Shown here: positions 13,601 to 26,393 of the stretch, one piece after another
Numbering within the stretch: position 1 is the first letter of the stretch
How the letters are laid out: each line of letters starts with the position of its first letter
Source: Eledone cirrhosa
Lineage: Eukaryota
NCBI GenBank assembly: GCA_964016885.1
Contig: OZ024741.1
Coordinates: 295,988,001-296,052,000, forward strand
Direction of reading: 5' to 3'
Length of the DNA stretch: 64,000 nucleotides
Notes under the pieces: model-generated
Told to the model about the DNA's origin: nothing
Databases searched by the model: none
What the model saw: the letters and a program-made list of their open reading frames with translations, nothing else
Position numbers and translations under genes: made by a program

Positions 13601-15228
13601 ACACGGACCATGTTAGCTTTGACGATGTCATGTAATTCCTGGTCAGTTGCTGGGTTAGGAATTTCAGCCGAAATGAAGCTCTCTATGGCATTTGAATTGA
13701 TTTTATCAGCTAACAAAATCAAAATGTGAGCATGTGACAGCCCTCGTTTTTGCCATTCGGCGGTGAACATGTCACATTTTACAGCCCCAAATACCTGACC
13801 TTTTTTATTAAAGCCATGAGTTTAGCCAGTTTCAGTCTGAACACTCTGGCAATGAGGTCATGTCTGTTCGAATAATTTTGCCCAGGAAAAATTCACGGGT
13901 TACATTCCGATTCATATGTCTATAGCATTAATCTGTTATATGAAGTGTTATTTTGCGGGTTGTTATTTGCAATAAGCCGATTGAAAATGCCCCAGATAAC
14001 CCGTATGGCAATACAGAACGCTCAATACGGAACGCTCCCCTGAGTGAAGAGCGACAGAGAGAGTAAAGCAGTTAAATTATATAGAGAGGGAATATACGGA
14101 ACGCTCCATTTGATCATATACATTGTTTCTCTCTCTCTGCAGTGTTGTCATATAGGGAGTGAAGAGCGACAGAGAGAGGGAATGATCATGATCGATTTTT
14201 GCCCTTATTGTTGATTGATTTGGAATTTGTTGGCTTCATGACCTTCTCCTGACCAAAAGCAATAATTGTCCCGACTTTGAATAGAATCCCGTGAAAAAGG
14301 TTTTCTCATTAATTTTTTGTCTCATATTGAGAAAAACAGAGAAAGAAAATTACATAATATAATGTCTTTGTTGAGAATCGTGTAAATAAATGCTTACGCG
14401 TCGTTATTGTTACGTTTGTTGTTTTATAAATTCATCTGTTGCTTTTGAATATTTGTTATTTGATGTAAAATGTAAGTGTGTAACATGTAACGTTGAGAGA
14501 GCAGTATGTATTTAGTGTTATCGGCTTTTTAAATTTGGATATTTGATGTATGAGTGTCGTTATGACTGTTTGTTGTTGTATAAAATGATGTGTTGCTTAG
14601 TTATCAAAGTTTTTTTCGCGTTCCCGAACGAAGTGGAGGAATGATCTATTATAGAGAGAAAGAAGAGCGACGGATAGGGTGAAGCTAGTGTTAAACCTCG
14701 AAGCATGAAGAGAGTAAAGCAGTTAAATTATAGAGAGGGTGAATAATATATTGTAGAGAGAGGGAAGAGCGACGGAGAGAGTAAAGCTATGGTTGTTGTA
14801 TAAATCGATGTGTTGCTTAGGTTTCAAAGTTTGTGTCGCGTTCCTTCAAAAGAAGTTTTGTCGTTGTTCTAAATTGTAATGGTGATAGGGTAGTAGCCGG
14901 AAGCAGTAACCTTTTAAAGGGAGTTGCAGAGAAGATTGAGGGGGGAGTAGAGAGAGTGATGAACCTTTTAAAGAGAGTTGCAACATGTATGTAGTTTCAT
15001 ATATTTTTTATGGTAGTAGTGAGAAGAATGAAGCTTGTAAGAGAGAGGGTTACAGCATGTATTTAGTTTTATCGATTTTTGTTTCATAGAAGCAGCAAAT
15101 TTTGGCAAAAATAATTACGCGTTGATCTGCCCTGGTAAATTTGGAACACGTTGGGAAAAAATTCATCAAAATCGGTAGAGAAATGTGGAAATGCATAAAA
15201 ATCATACACACACAGACAGACATCTACC

Positions 15229-15245
<17 letters not shown>
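10674..15245 (-). mobile_element. Helitron with decayed RepHel gene
   Basis: 3' hairpin CCCGAGCAACGCCGGG plus CTAG at 10674; 5' end merges into the (TA)n tract near 15240 (TATATAAAACGG..(TG)n, similar to the other copies). Confidence 0.9.
10990..13900 (-). pseudogene. Helitron Rep/PIF1-helicase pseudogene (frameshifts and stops, N-terminus deleted)
   Basis: Rep HUH motif EWQKRGLSHAHILI and KYICKYVNKG; PIF1 motifs [41 protein letters not shown] and [13 protein letters not shown] spread over several ORFs. Confidence 0.95.
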
Positions 15246-15306
<61 letters not shown>

Positions 15307-15310
<4 letters not shown>

Positions 15311-15406
15311 GCGTACCCACAAAAGTGTATTCACGCTTCAACAGCATTTTAAGAAATATTGCCTGTACAGGTAATCAACGTGTGTATACATTTTTGTGAC
15401 ACCTTG
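15307..15406. mobile_element. Second copy of the ~100-bp mariner-type MITE
   Basis: Reverse-complement similarity to 3508-3606 (CAACAGCATT..AAATATTGCCTGTAC..TGTGTATACATTTTTG..GACACCTTG). Confidence 0.65.
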
Positions 15407-15750
15407 CATATATATATGTATGTGGGGGGGGGGGAGAGAGTAGAGAGTGGAGATAAAAGGAGGAGGGAGGGAAAACGGATGTTAGGGTAGGGTTCCAACC
15501 CATTGCATATTTTTGTAGACATTTCTTAAGCCATGGTCTCGTTTCCTCGCAAATAGGAAAACGGTAAAAAAGTGTTTTACGACAGTTTCCAAGCTTTTTA
15601 CACACGTGCGCGTGTACATACATACACACTCACACAAACATATACTAACACACACACATACACACATGCATCAAATACAACTTTGGTTTGTGGTTTTCTC
15701 GTGCACGGACCACAGATATATTCATATATATATGAACAGATTGAGAACGA

Positions 15751-15906
15751 CGACGGCTGAGCTCCGGCCGTTTCGACAGCAAGATCCGTACGGCCGGAGC
15801 TCAGCCGTCGGGGTCCTGAATCTTTTCACATTACCCACTCTACTGCCCCAAGTATCGAGTACTCTGGTGGGTTATGGTCTAGCTGGTTTTTACCACACCC
15901 TATTTG

Positions 15907-15910
<4 letters not shown>
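15751..15910 (+). mobile_element. Probable PLE terminal-repeat fragment with a 21-bp inverted repeat
   Basis: CGACGGCTGAGCTCCGGCCGT / ACGGCCGGAGCTCAGCCGTCG; downstream sequence shared with 29095-29220, 53925-54060(-) and 62945-63040(-); all abut (TA)n. Confidence 0.65.
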
Positions 15911-15941
<31 letters not shown>

Positions 15942-16146
15942 ATTTTATTATTATTATACTTGGGGAGGGTCATATTGTTGTAATAATATTGCCAGAAATA
16001 ATAACAGAACCCACTCACTGTTTGGTTGGTTTTCGCTTCTGTATCTTTTATATCTCCATAGTTAATTTATTTGGCAAGCCACGTCTATCATTGATTGACC
16101 AACGGTTAAAAATACAGATATAAATATATATATATATATATAGTCT

Positions 16147-16188
16147 ATCAAGGTTCTTTCGTTGCACATCTGCAACTTCATCAGTGGT
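16147..16188 (-). ncRNA. Degenerate hammerhead ribozyme
   Basis: Minus: CTGATGA-A-GTTGCA-GATG-TGCAAC-GAAA-GAAC-CT; U16.1 replaced by C; similar to 30918-30960. Confidence 0.6.
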
Positions 16189-16260
16189 ACTATTATGTTT
16201 CCTCCTGTTGTATTGTATGTCTACGCCAGAAAAATGACATAGACGTACAATATGTAACAC

Positions 16261-16315
<55 letters not shown>

Positions 16316-16503
16316 GCCGATAAGCGTACTATAAAGTTGTATCTGTATACATACAGAGTGGGTAACAGAGACTGCACCCATATATAAATATATACACATA
16401 TCTAATGTGTAGGTATGTAAACATGCCAGAAAATACGAATTTCCCTGTAAATTGAATAACTTTTATACATATATATTCATTTTATTATAGAAATGACTAA
16501 TGA

Positions 16504-16550
16504 CTTCTCCATGACTAGAACTGTTTCAAACGTAAGAAATCATCAGGAAA
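16504..16550 (-). ncRNA. Degenerate hammerhead of the 39302 family
   Basis: Minus: TTTC-CTGATGA-TTTCTTACGTTT-GAAA-CAGTTCTAGTCATG-GA-GAAG. Confidence 0.45.
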
Positions 16551-16632
16551 GCCCATATATATATATATATATGACCAACAAAAACACACACACCGTTACA
16601 TTCACTTTCACAGCTCTGTACGGACCAACAAC

Positions 16633-16740
<108 letters not shown>

Positions 16741-17010
16741 ATATTTACATATATACACACATATATACACACATATCGTCTTAGCTTCGTACGTATACAG
16801 ACACACGCACACACTCACACATACAGCTCTATATATTAAATATTTTTTCCCTTCAGATAGACGCACCCGATCACCACCTTTTAAAAGAACTTTATCTTAC
16901 ACAAAACGCCAGCATCAACAGTTTTCCTAAAAAAAAGTTTCTCTAAAAAAAAATTCTCGTTTTCGCCACAGCCTATCTAGCCATTCTTTCTATTTCTTCT
17001 TAATTTCTAT

Positions 17011-17046
17011 TTTCTGATGAAGGACGAGTGTCCGAAACGTTAAGAC
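17011..17046 (+). ncRNA. Minimal hammerhead with palindromic stem III
   Basis: CTGATGA-A-GGAC-GAGT-GTCC-GAAA-CGT-TA; AACGTT palindrome of the kind seen in dimeric PLE hammerheads; stem I weak. Confidence 0.75.
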
Positions 17047-17225
17047 ACTTTTCCTGGTATATCAAGCGTAAAACTAATAATATATTTCTTCATTGTACTG
17101 TGTATTTGACAAGTTCTAAACCCCACTATCAGGCTAAATTTTCTTCAGTCAAAAATACGGCGAAAGCTTCTTTTTTTAATTTCAAAGTCACTCGCTATTT
17201 CAAAACATACTTACTTATATATGTT

Positions 17226-17273
<48 letters not shown>

Positions 17274-17649
17274 CATAGATACATGTATATATATATGACC
17301 AGGCATGGCTGTGCGGTTAAAGAATCCTATCGTATATGTGTGTGGTGAAGGTAAGAGCAGGAGGAAAAAATTGGACGAAGGAGAGAAAGGAGTGGAGCTG
17401 TTCACGGGAGAGAGAGCTGGCACCGATACAGTCGTCGATATAACGTCCATATAGTTCAGGGGTAGGTCTAGTGTACTGGGAGAATATTTAGACTTCAACG
17501 TAGTCAACAATCAAGTTGGCATATTTCAGGCTCATTCTGGTTCCCATGGCTACCACCAGAGACATGTTGGTAAATTTCTCAGGAAAAAGAAACTGATTTA
17601 AGGTGAAAACGAGCTCAGCTATACGGAGAAGCGTATAAGTGCTCGGTTA

Positions 17650-18030
17650 AGGTGTAGAGCCTAAGTCCAAAATGCGTCGGCGTAAGCTTCAAGGGGCAGA
17701 CCCTTCCTCACAATGGGATCTTGTCCATAACATATTCTAACAGCCAGGGGCTTGTGTGTATCCCCATTCTCACATGTGCTGTTATTTCTGGCGCCACATC
17801 TGAATAATGGAGTTTCCATCCTCCATACAAAACTAAGTACCAGAGCCACGGAACTGTTGAGGAAACCCCGACTATATCTAGCCGGTAGTATCTGGCCTCC
17901 TCCACTAGTTCCTGCTCCTTACCTGTAAGTGTTCCAAAGGTTACGGTTTGTTCCTTTCCGAGCTCTCTTTAGGGTCTCGGGATAGGCAAGATATGCCACG
18001 CCTCATGGAACAGGTCGTAGGACCAGAACA
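17650..18030 (-). mobile_element. RTE-clade LINE fragment (APE endonuclease N-terminus)
   Basis: Reads GTLTGKEQELVEEARYYRLDIVGVSST..GGWKLHYS. Confidence 0.75.
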
Positions 18031-18373
18031 GCTCTGAAGAGAATCAACATTTTTCAATTCTTCACTTTTTCCAATGTTAACATGTTACACATTTTACATG
18101 CCAGGTCCGTTGTCTATTTATTTCTAGCCGTAATGTTATACGTCTTTAACATTGTTTTTGTTGGAGGACACTGCTAAATGTTTATATTCATTCTTTATTT
18201 GATAATGGTCTCACATTCATCATGCCAATTGCAGTTCTTCAATCTGATGTGAAAACTGGTATTACAAGTGCAATATCACCGTTATGCGCGAAATTGCACG
18301 CCAGCAAGGTGACTGACGAGGTAACGATGCAACTATCGATCCGTCATATGTAACTGTGTACATTATATACACG

Positions 18374-18412
<39 letters not shown>

Positions 18413-18431
18413 TCTGCAAGAAGACCATCCC

Positions 18432-18468
<37 letters not shown>

Positions 18469-18739
18469 ATAATAATAAATGTGAAGACTAAAATCCGAAG
18501 AGGGCTCGATAAGTATAATATATATATATAAATATATAAAAACCGTAGAGCAAATATTTATTAAATCGCTGCTTCACTCTTAACGGATAAGCTTATGTAG
18601 GAGGTATATCCCTACCAGTTACCTCTCTTGACCTGCTGCAAAATCAAAACACGCTATTTTTGCGAGCAATGAACCTTGACGTGAACTTAACCCCAAAAAC
18701 TCTTTCCGAGCAATGTAAGGAACACTTTTGGTTATTTAT

Positions 18740-18779
18740 GCCCTTGAGAAGCCCAACTGGGCGAAACGTACGTAGGTGC
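18740..18779 (+). ncRNA. Hammerhead variant with U3/A8 core
   Basis: CC-TTGAGAA-GCCC-AACT-GGGC-GAAA-CGTACG-TA-GG. Confidence 0.7.
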
Positions 18780-18870
18780 TGTTTTAAATAAACATGTTTT
18801 AACGGTCTATTCTCCGATTTCTTACTTTTCCACGTATATATATATATATATATATTATTATTATTATTAT

Positions 18871-19283
18871 TCGGTGATGCCCTGATTGACTTTTTCAAAT
18901 TTCATTTGAAAAGGAAAATCAGAGTAGAGAGGGAAGTGCTCTCTTCCCAGCATTTTGTTGAAAGATGGGTGAGAGAAGGAAGAATGGCCCGAGTGAATGG
19001 GCCTACTCTGAGTACGTATCTGTAAATTAAAGGTGGAAAACTAGGAGAGGGCACTTGCCTTGGTGGTCAGGGTCACTGTGGCCTTTTACTGGGCTTTCTC
19101 CACAAATGTCCCTCCGAAGACTCCCCCCCCCCCCCTATTGGGGAATTTTTCATTGTTATTTTTTTGTTACATCCTCTGTTTTTGTTTTTTACACGCAGAA
19201 ATGCCCATTTGTACCGTCCTGTATTGTCCTGCACTGTCCTTAATGTCTACTTTATGTAAACCCTTGTGGTTAATAAAGAAATC
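18871..19283 (+). mobile_element. Tx1/L1-like LINE 3' end with 3' UTR
   Basis: LIDFFKFHLKRKIRVEREVLSSQHFVERW..* followed by a UTR with AATAAAG and an (ATT)n tail; preceded by (TTA)n. Confidence 0.55.
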
Positions 19284-19299
19284 ATTATTGTTATTGTTA

Positions 19300-19482
19300 T
19301 TCCTTGAATCTCAGTCATTGATGTTGGTTAACTGGAAAGTCCGTTGGATTGAATATCAAGCCACTACCTGCAGCCTCAGATATTCAGGACGTATCGGAGG
19401 GTTCTTGCCGTTCCAAGCAAGCATGCCTTTTGAAGCGTTCCAAAAAGCGTGAAGGGGCCGATTTTCTTTAACCATCCCTGGA
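19300..19482 (-). mobile_element. R4/Dong-clade RLE LINE 3' end
   Basis: Minus strand reads GWLKKIG..GTLQKACLLGTARTLRYVLNI*; flanked by (TAA)n-type repeats on both sides. Confidence 0.75.
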
Positions 19483-19529
<47 letters not shown>

Positions 19530-19631
19530 TTTCAAAGTAAAGGGTGTCATGAATGATACAAAATGAAACATGTTTTGTCTCTAAAAACAGCTCAAGATAG
19601 AATTCAGAGAATAAAATCGAGCCTTAATCAT

Positions 19632-19822
19632 TATAAGAAAGTGATTGAAATATATTCATACACAGTTAAGTGTACACTAAGACATATCAAAACATAGAAG
19701 TAGAGACAATCTACACTGAAAGTAAGTCTTACTTTCAGTGTAGATTGTCTCTAGTTCTATGTTTTGATATGTCTTAGTGTACACTTAACTGTGTATGAAT
19801 ATATTTCAATCACTTTCTTATA
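19632..19822. repeat. Near-perfect palindrome, 95-bp arms with 1-nt loop
   Basis: Centre at 19727 (AGTAAG-T-CTTACT), one mismatch, right arm runs into (TA)n. Confidence 0.95.
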
Positions 19823-20178
19823 TATATATATGCACACACACACACACACATATATATGTGTGTATATATCTACAGCTATCTATTTATATATGTGTGTGTG
19901 TGTGTGTACATTTGTATATATAAAAGTGTATATATATATATATATATATATAAAGAGAGTGGGGAAGAGAGAGACGGGTGATGGCCACTTTTTTCGACTA
20001 TAGGGATATTTTACCCAGTTTCCTAAGCTATTAATTATAACAGCCTACTGTTTTTCCAGTTATTTTCTGAGTCAACGCACACGCACACACACACACACAT
20101 ACATACACACATACATACATATATCTATATACGCTTGTATATATATATATACAATATATATATACAGTATACATATAT

Positions 20179-20221
<43 letters not shown>

Positions 20222-21479
20222 CAGACATTCATCAGTGATATTCACTGACATTTGTGATGAGTAAACAATATGATGCGGGGGTGGATATTAGTAAACCATG
20301 TAGGTGGGTAGAAGTGGGAGGAGGGGTGGCTATTAGGAAGACATGTAGGTGGGTAGAAGTGGGAGGAGGGGGTGGCTATTAGAAAGACATGAAGGTGAGT
20401 AGAAGTGGGAGGAGACAGCTTTAAATATGGTCGACATATTTTGATAGATGGCTAGGGTAGTGGAGAGTATAGATAGATAGATTAGTGTAGTGGTGGTGGT
20501 GGTGGTAATGGCAGTTGTTGTGGCGATGGTGGTGGTGGTTGTAATGGCAGTTATGGTGATGGTGGCATAGAAGTTTGTGCTGGTGGTATTACTAACGTCG
20601 ATATTTGTTTTTGTTGTGGTGGTGGTGTTGGTGTTGGTGGTGGTGGTGGTGTTGGTGGTGTTGGTGTTGGTGTTGGTGTTGGTGTTGGTGTTGGTGGTGG
20701 TGACAGTGATATTGTTTACTCTCAGGTCAGCCATTATAGAGCTGAATAATCTCACATACCTTCGATCGAATCGCTTACTGAGTGGAACTTGTCCAATCGG
20801 ACCAAAGAAACGATGTTTCCATTGGTTTTTCCATTACTGATACTATCTAACAGTCGCAGCCCCTGACAGAAAGAGCAACGTGAAATAAAGTGTCTTGCTC
20901 AAGGACTTAACGCATCACCTGGTCCGGGAATCAAACTCACAATCTCACGATTGCAAACTAAATTCCTTGACCACTAAGCCACACGTCTTCACATAAGTAA
21001 TACACAGTAATACATGTCAAAGTTCGATTGTCAGCAATATTTCGTCTACATGACACCTCCCAGTACTTCATGTAAACTTCAACGTGCAGTATGTTATAGT
21101 ATTCAGGGTGTTATGTCTTTATCGATAAACGAATACACTGCAACAGTGTAATAACAATATAATCGAAACAAACGGCAATAACCACACGTAACAGAACAAC
21201 AATCTTTTAAGATCCAACAACCCAACACGCTAACTTGAACTCCAACTTCGACTATCAATACACGAACTGTGGAATTAGTACCAACCTCCCACTTACTCAG
21301 GTCGCTACTATTTATATGTTGTGGTCCAGCCCACTCTCGCCAGAGGGGCGTCGTACTCTCTCACAACAGAGGGCTATGCAGCAGTTTAACTATATTGCAC
21401 CTTCGGTAACCAGCCCAAGTTTCTTTGCACTCCGTACCGATGAGGGCAAACTATCAAAGTATTGGCTGCTTTCCGGTAG

Positions 21480-21690
21480 GTTTGTGGTAGAGCCTGTGGC
21501 AGTGGAGACTTTCCGTGTTCTTTAGCCCCAAACCACATCTCTGCTCACTTTTATCGGAATAGGGTTGGCTGCCCGTAAATGCGAGCCCCAAGGAGTGGAG
21601 TGGCTGTTCCAGCGCGTCTCCCTCGCCCCCATCCGGGGCAATGTCTTCTCCCTCCTGTTGGCCGGGACCACAAGGGGAATTGACCCTTAA
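21480..21690 (+). mobile_element. CRE-like RLE non-LTR retrotransposon 3' fragment
   Basis: EPVAVETF..EWLFQRVSLA..RGNVFSLL; homologous to 36245-36490. Confidence 0.65.
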
Positions 21691-22859
21691 GATATATTGT
21701 TTGTTTGAAGTTTAAACTATCCAATCTATTTGAAGACCTTCAAAACAGGAGCGGCATGGGTGGACTCTGACAGATGGTGACAGTTATAGTTCATAAAAAC
21801 CTGAGTTACCCAAACTTATTTGAACCACCCTCACCTTGTTGAGAATAGCGCCCACCCATCAATTTTAATATTTTTATTTTATTTTATTAAGGCATTTATT
21901 ATATAAATAAGGGTTTTGCCGCAGTTTTACCAACAACTATTAATTTGTATTGTCTACTCCTTTCCTACCTCACAGCTCTTTGCCTTCCAACGACCCTCTA
22001 CCATCACCTTGCATTCCAGTGCCCCTCTTCAGTCACCCACATACTCCCAAGGGGCGGTTGAATTCACATTATGTATCGCTGGTTTACACCCCAGGACATT
22101 ATGTATCGCTGGTGAACACCCCAGGACAGTTTTTGGGTGTAATGAGGCTACTGATATTGCAGCTATCTTTGTGACTGTCGTTAATTTGTTTTGATTTTTG
22201 GTGTTTGTCAGGGACTAAGATGGCACGTAACTTAGTAGTTAGGGTACTGGGATCATGATCGTAAGGTCCTGAGTTTCTTTCCCGGACCCGGCGGCGCGTT
22301 GTTTTTATAAGCAAAAAAAAAATCACTTTATTTCACGTTGCTCCTGTCCACTCATCCAGAAATCATGAGTTTTGCCAAGCTATATCGGCCTTTCTTTTCC
22401 TTTGGACAACATTGGCGTCATGGGTGACTGTTGGTCTTCCACAAAACACCACACCTATGCCAGTGTATAGGAGAAGGAAGTCCATGGTCAGTCAGTCAGC
22501 CATGGTTACATAACCCATAGCCAGTCATGACTAAAAGGGGCCCTTTAATTCCTTTTTGTTAAGGACTTAGCATGAGATATATATTGTGGTAGTGTTTTCA
22601 TGTATTGTAGTAGTCACAGTGCTGTGTATGGAGGGACATAATTTTGTTAGGATGGGGTTGTAGTGGTGTCTGGACTAAGTGGGGAAGATAGTGTTGTGAG
22701 GACAGTGGTTAAGTATTGACCTGGGGTGATGCAGTATTGTTCTGGGATTGTCGTATATGTATCTGGGTGTTTGGTGATGGGTTGAATATATAGTGACAGA
22801 AACTGTGGAGACTGTTTACAGCAACAATCTGAGTCTTGTTACATGTCTATGTAGTCTTT

Positions 22860-23195
22860 TAGGCGATGAATTGCCAGAGTCGTTAGAACGTCGGATAGAA
22901 TGCTTTGTAGTATTCGGTTCTCTGCTCTCTGAGTTCAAACCCCGCCGAGGTCAACTTTGCCTTTCATCCATTCATGTTCGATAAAAAAGTACCCGTCAAG
23001 TAGTGGGGGTCGATTCTTCCTCTATATCTCTTTCTCATTTCCTTTCTCTCATCCTCTCTATCCTTCTCTGGAGGAAATCTACTGTATTCAGGCCTGGAGA
23101 GGAGATGGGCTCTGCCAGGTTGAACAGATGCCCTAGAGACGCCGTATGTCAATATGGCGCCCCTACGACTCCCTCGGGAGTTACGGGTCCATACC
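22860..23195 (+). mobile_element. Full-length long-tail SINE
   Basis: GGCGATGAATTGCCAGAGTCG head, GAGTTCAAACCC B box, Nin-like core, tail ending CCATACCATAC. Confidence 0.8.
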
Positions 23196-24335
23196 ATACC
23201 ATACATGTAGTCTTTTATTATTTCTTTTGTTTTGTTATTTAGCGACTCTTCTGAGTATAATGGAAGACAGAAAAGGGTGCCCACGGCTGACTGCCAAAAG
23301 GTGTATAGAGTCACCCTCAAAGGTGGGATGCACCTTTTACGGGAAGATGAAGATAATAATGATGATGGTGATGGTGGTGTTTAGATTGTTGGCTGGTTGT
23401 TTGGTTTACGGAGGTGGATAAGAACGTGTTGATATTTTGTCCTTTTATTGGATGTCAGGGACAAGTGGCTGGCGTTGAGATGTATTGATGGAAATGTCAA
23501 ATGTTTGGGAGGAGAGAAAGAGAGGCACAGGTGGAGGAGAAATAGACAGAGAGAAAGTGGGAGAGCTGGAGAGAAGAACAGTGAACGAGTGAAAGAGGGA
23601 AACGCGCTTGCTCAAATTTATAGAGAAATTGAGAAGGTGATAGAAAGAGGAAAGAGAGACATAATTAAACGGGGAATGAAAAAAGGGAAGATACAGAGAG
23701 ACAAATAGATAAAAAAGAGAGACACTGACATAGAGGGAGAAAGGAAAAGAGTAGAAATGTATAGCACGTTTGAGTAAGATTGAGAGATTATGAGGGGGCA
23801 CACACACACACACTGAGCGTATGCCCATATATAATCCACGTAGTTACAATAACAACACTGACAACGGTAAGGCATGGCAGTATTGATAAAAAGTTTGCTT
23901 TTCAATCATGTGGTTCCATGTTCAGTGCTAATACGTGGTTCATTAAACGGGTGTCTTCTATTATAGCTATGGAATGACCAATTTCTTGTTAGTGGAATTT
24001 ATCTACTTAATATTGTATATTCGAGTTTCTTCTATTTTCCGTCCACTTAGACCCTGTCATTGCACCAACTAATTTATCTGAATTATTCATTATGTTCTTT
24101 TGTGACATTTTTTTAGGAGATACGGTGTTCCGCATAGGGTGTATGTGTATCTATTTTCTATATATGCACTCTGAGTTCAAATCCCATCGAGGTCAATTTT
24201 GCTTTTCATCTTTTTAAGTTTGATAAAAAGTAAGTACCCGTTCAGGGCGGTTGACTGGCAGAATTGTTAAAGCATCGGATAATATACCTTCCAGAAGTCG
24301 TTCTGGCTCTTCTATTTTGAGTTCAAATCCCGCGG

Positions 24336-24600
24336 TTGCCTACTTCAGCGGTAAATTCTACAACTTTAGCCAACAAAATATGGGAACGGGAAGAAAAAGG
24401 AACTAGATACGTGATTTCTTGGTCTGTCCTGGGATTCACCGACCAGTACAAACAGCAGACCGATAATTGCAATATATGTATACTAGAAATGTACTTTATA
24501 ATAACCGAAACGTATATATATGTCATAAATACACTGAGGATATAATCCAGGCTATGCAGGCAGTCGGTAAGATATTCTTCTCATATTTTTGGTCAGATGA
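24336..24600 (+). pseudogene. PLE GIY-YIG C-terminal fragment
   Basis: NSTTLANKIW..YVISWSVL..CNICILEMYFII aligns by eye with SSTSLSSLLW..YSLIWNII..CDLCIEEIFFIL of the 31.6-33.9 kb PLE. Confidence 0.75.
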
Positions 24601-26228
24601 GAAAAGGCTACAGACCCGTAGCCTTTGCAGTCCTTCAGTCTGTCAGAACTGAAGTATTTTCCGTGACCTCACTTGGCAGATTAAACTTTGGGATTCAGAT
24701 TCAGCTGTTTGTTTAAGAGGTTTGTTTCTCAACAACGTTGTTCTCAATCAGCGTTATAATGAGTGTGACGCGACCGATCGTTTGAATTACAGGTAGAGTA
24801 CATCCTGTTTTATAATGTAAGTGGCTGAGTATTCCGCAAACATTAACATAATCCTTAACATACTCTTCAGCCAAAATCAGCATGGCATATTGTGTGATGT
24901 GACAGACCCTTTGAATTACAGGTACAGTACATCAAGTAGATTAAGTTCTAAAATTACAAGCACTACCACCACTTCTACTACTACTACCACCATCACCACC
25001 ACCACCACCACTACTACCACCACCATCACCACCACCACCACTACAACCACCGCCGTCACCACCAATCAATTTACCGAGGGGGAAGAAAAGGAGAATAAGC
25101 ACTCCATGAACCCCTTCCCCAACCGGAAGTATCTCACCCACTTAAGTTTTTTACAGGAAATAGGAATACCATTTTGTTTCAAACATACATACATACATAC
25201 ATACATACCTACATACATACATACATACATACATACATACATACATACATACATACATACATACATACATACATACATACATACATACATACATACACTC
25301 CTGCAACGCGCAGACACACGCATACACATAATTTAAATTCAAATGTCAAGAATGAACATTCTTATAAAATTAATATATGTGTATGTATGTGTGTATGTAT
25401 GCGTCTGTATATGTGTCTGTGTGTGAGTGTGTGTATTCATACACGTATGTTTATGTGTATGTGTGCGTAAGTGTGTACTGTACCATCCTAAAAAAAAGAA
25501 AATATCGAATTATGTTCTTGATGCACTGCTCTCTATACTTGAGATAGAGACGAGATCGTCACTTAGAAAACCCTTTTGATCATGGGCCTGTCCCATCAAG
25601 GATGGCCTGGGATCGAAGCAACAATTACAAATAGTTGGAACCGACGAAGAATCCTTCACTAAGGTCTGCAAAACTAATACTGGCGGAGGGGCAATGAACT
25701 AAGTTAAAAATGTTAAGTACTTTGTAAAAGGTATAAGCCCTTGCTATCTGATATCCATTCTTCTCTCAGTATAAGCGGTTCTCTCTTTTCGATCGTTATT
25801 GCCGCTGTATAACAATCTGAGAGGGAAATAAAGCGTAAAAATATGTCTGTCAAAATATTACAGTTGTGTTATTGTTTGCCACATGGGCTCGTTGCATTTC
25901 GTGGCAAAAATTTAAAAAAAACATTTAAATTAGCGGTTAAGTTTACTTGTAAGCCCATACCAATGTCCTGTGTAAAAGGTGTTGTTTGTATTGAAAAAAT
26001 TGGGAACTACTTCTCTACATCAAGTTACTCGACGTAAAGTGGTCGGGGACAACAAGAAACAAAGCTTGAGGTAAACAGAATTAGAATAACCAAAAGGTGA
26101 AGAAGCACATGGAGTAAAGATTGAAGCAGAAATATTGAAAATTTCTGAAATATACACCATTATTTATTACGGGTACTGCACTAGTATATATGCACAAACA
26201 CGCACACACACACACAAATATATGTATG

Positions 26229-26310
<82 letters not shown>

Positions 26311-26393
26311 TATGTGTGTGCCTGTGTATTTGTGTGTATATATACATATAGAGATGTAATCTACGAGATTAGTGAATAGATAGATAGATAGAT

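Noticed and set aside
21432-21465. CCGATGAGGGC as a hammerhead
   Set aside because: No closing stem II or GAAA; too degenerate to call
24594-24655. CAGATGA followed by hairpin AAAGGCTAC/GTAGCCTTT as a hammerhead
   Set aside because: No GAAA or stem III after the hairpin, and it overlaps the end of the PLE coding remnant
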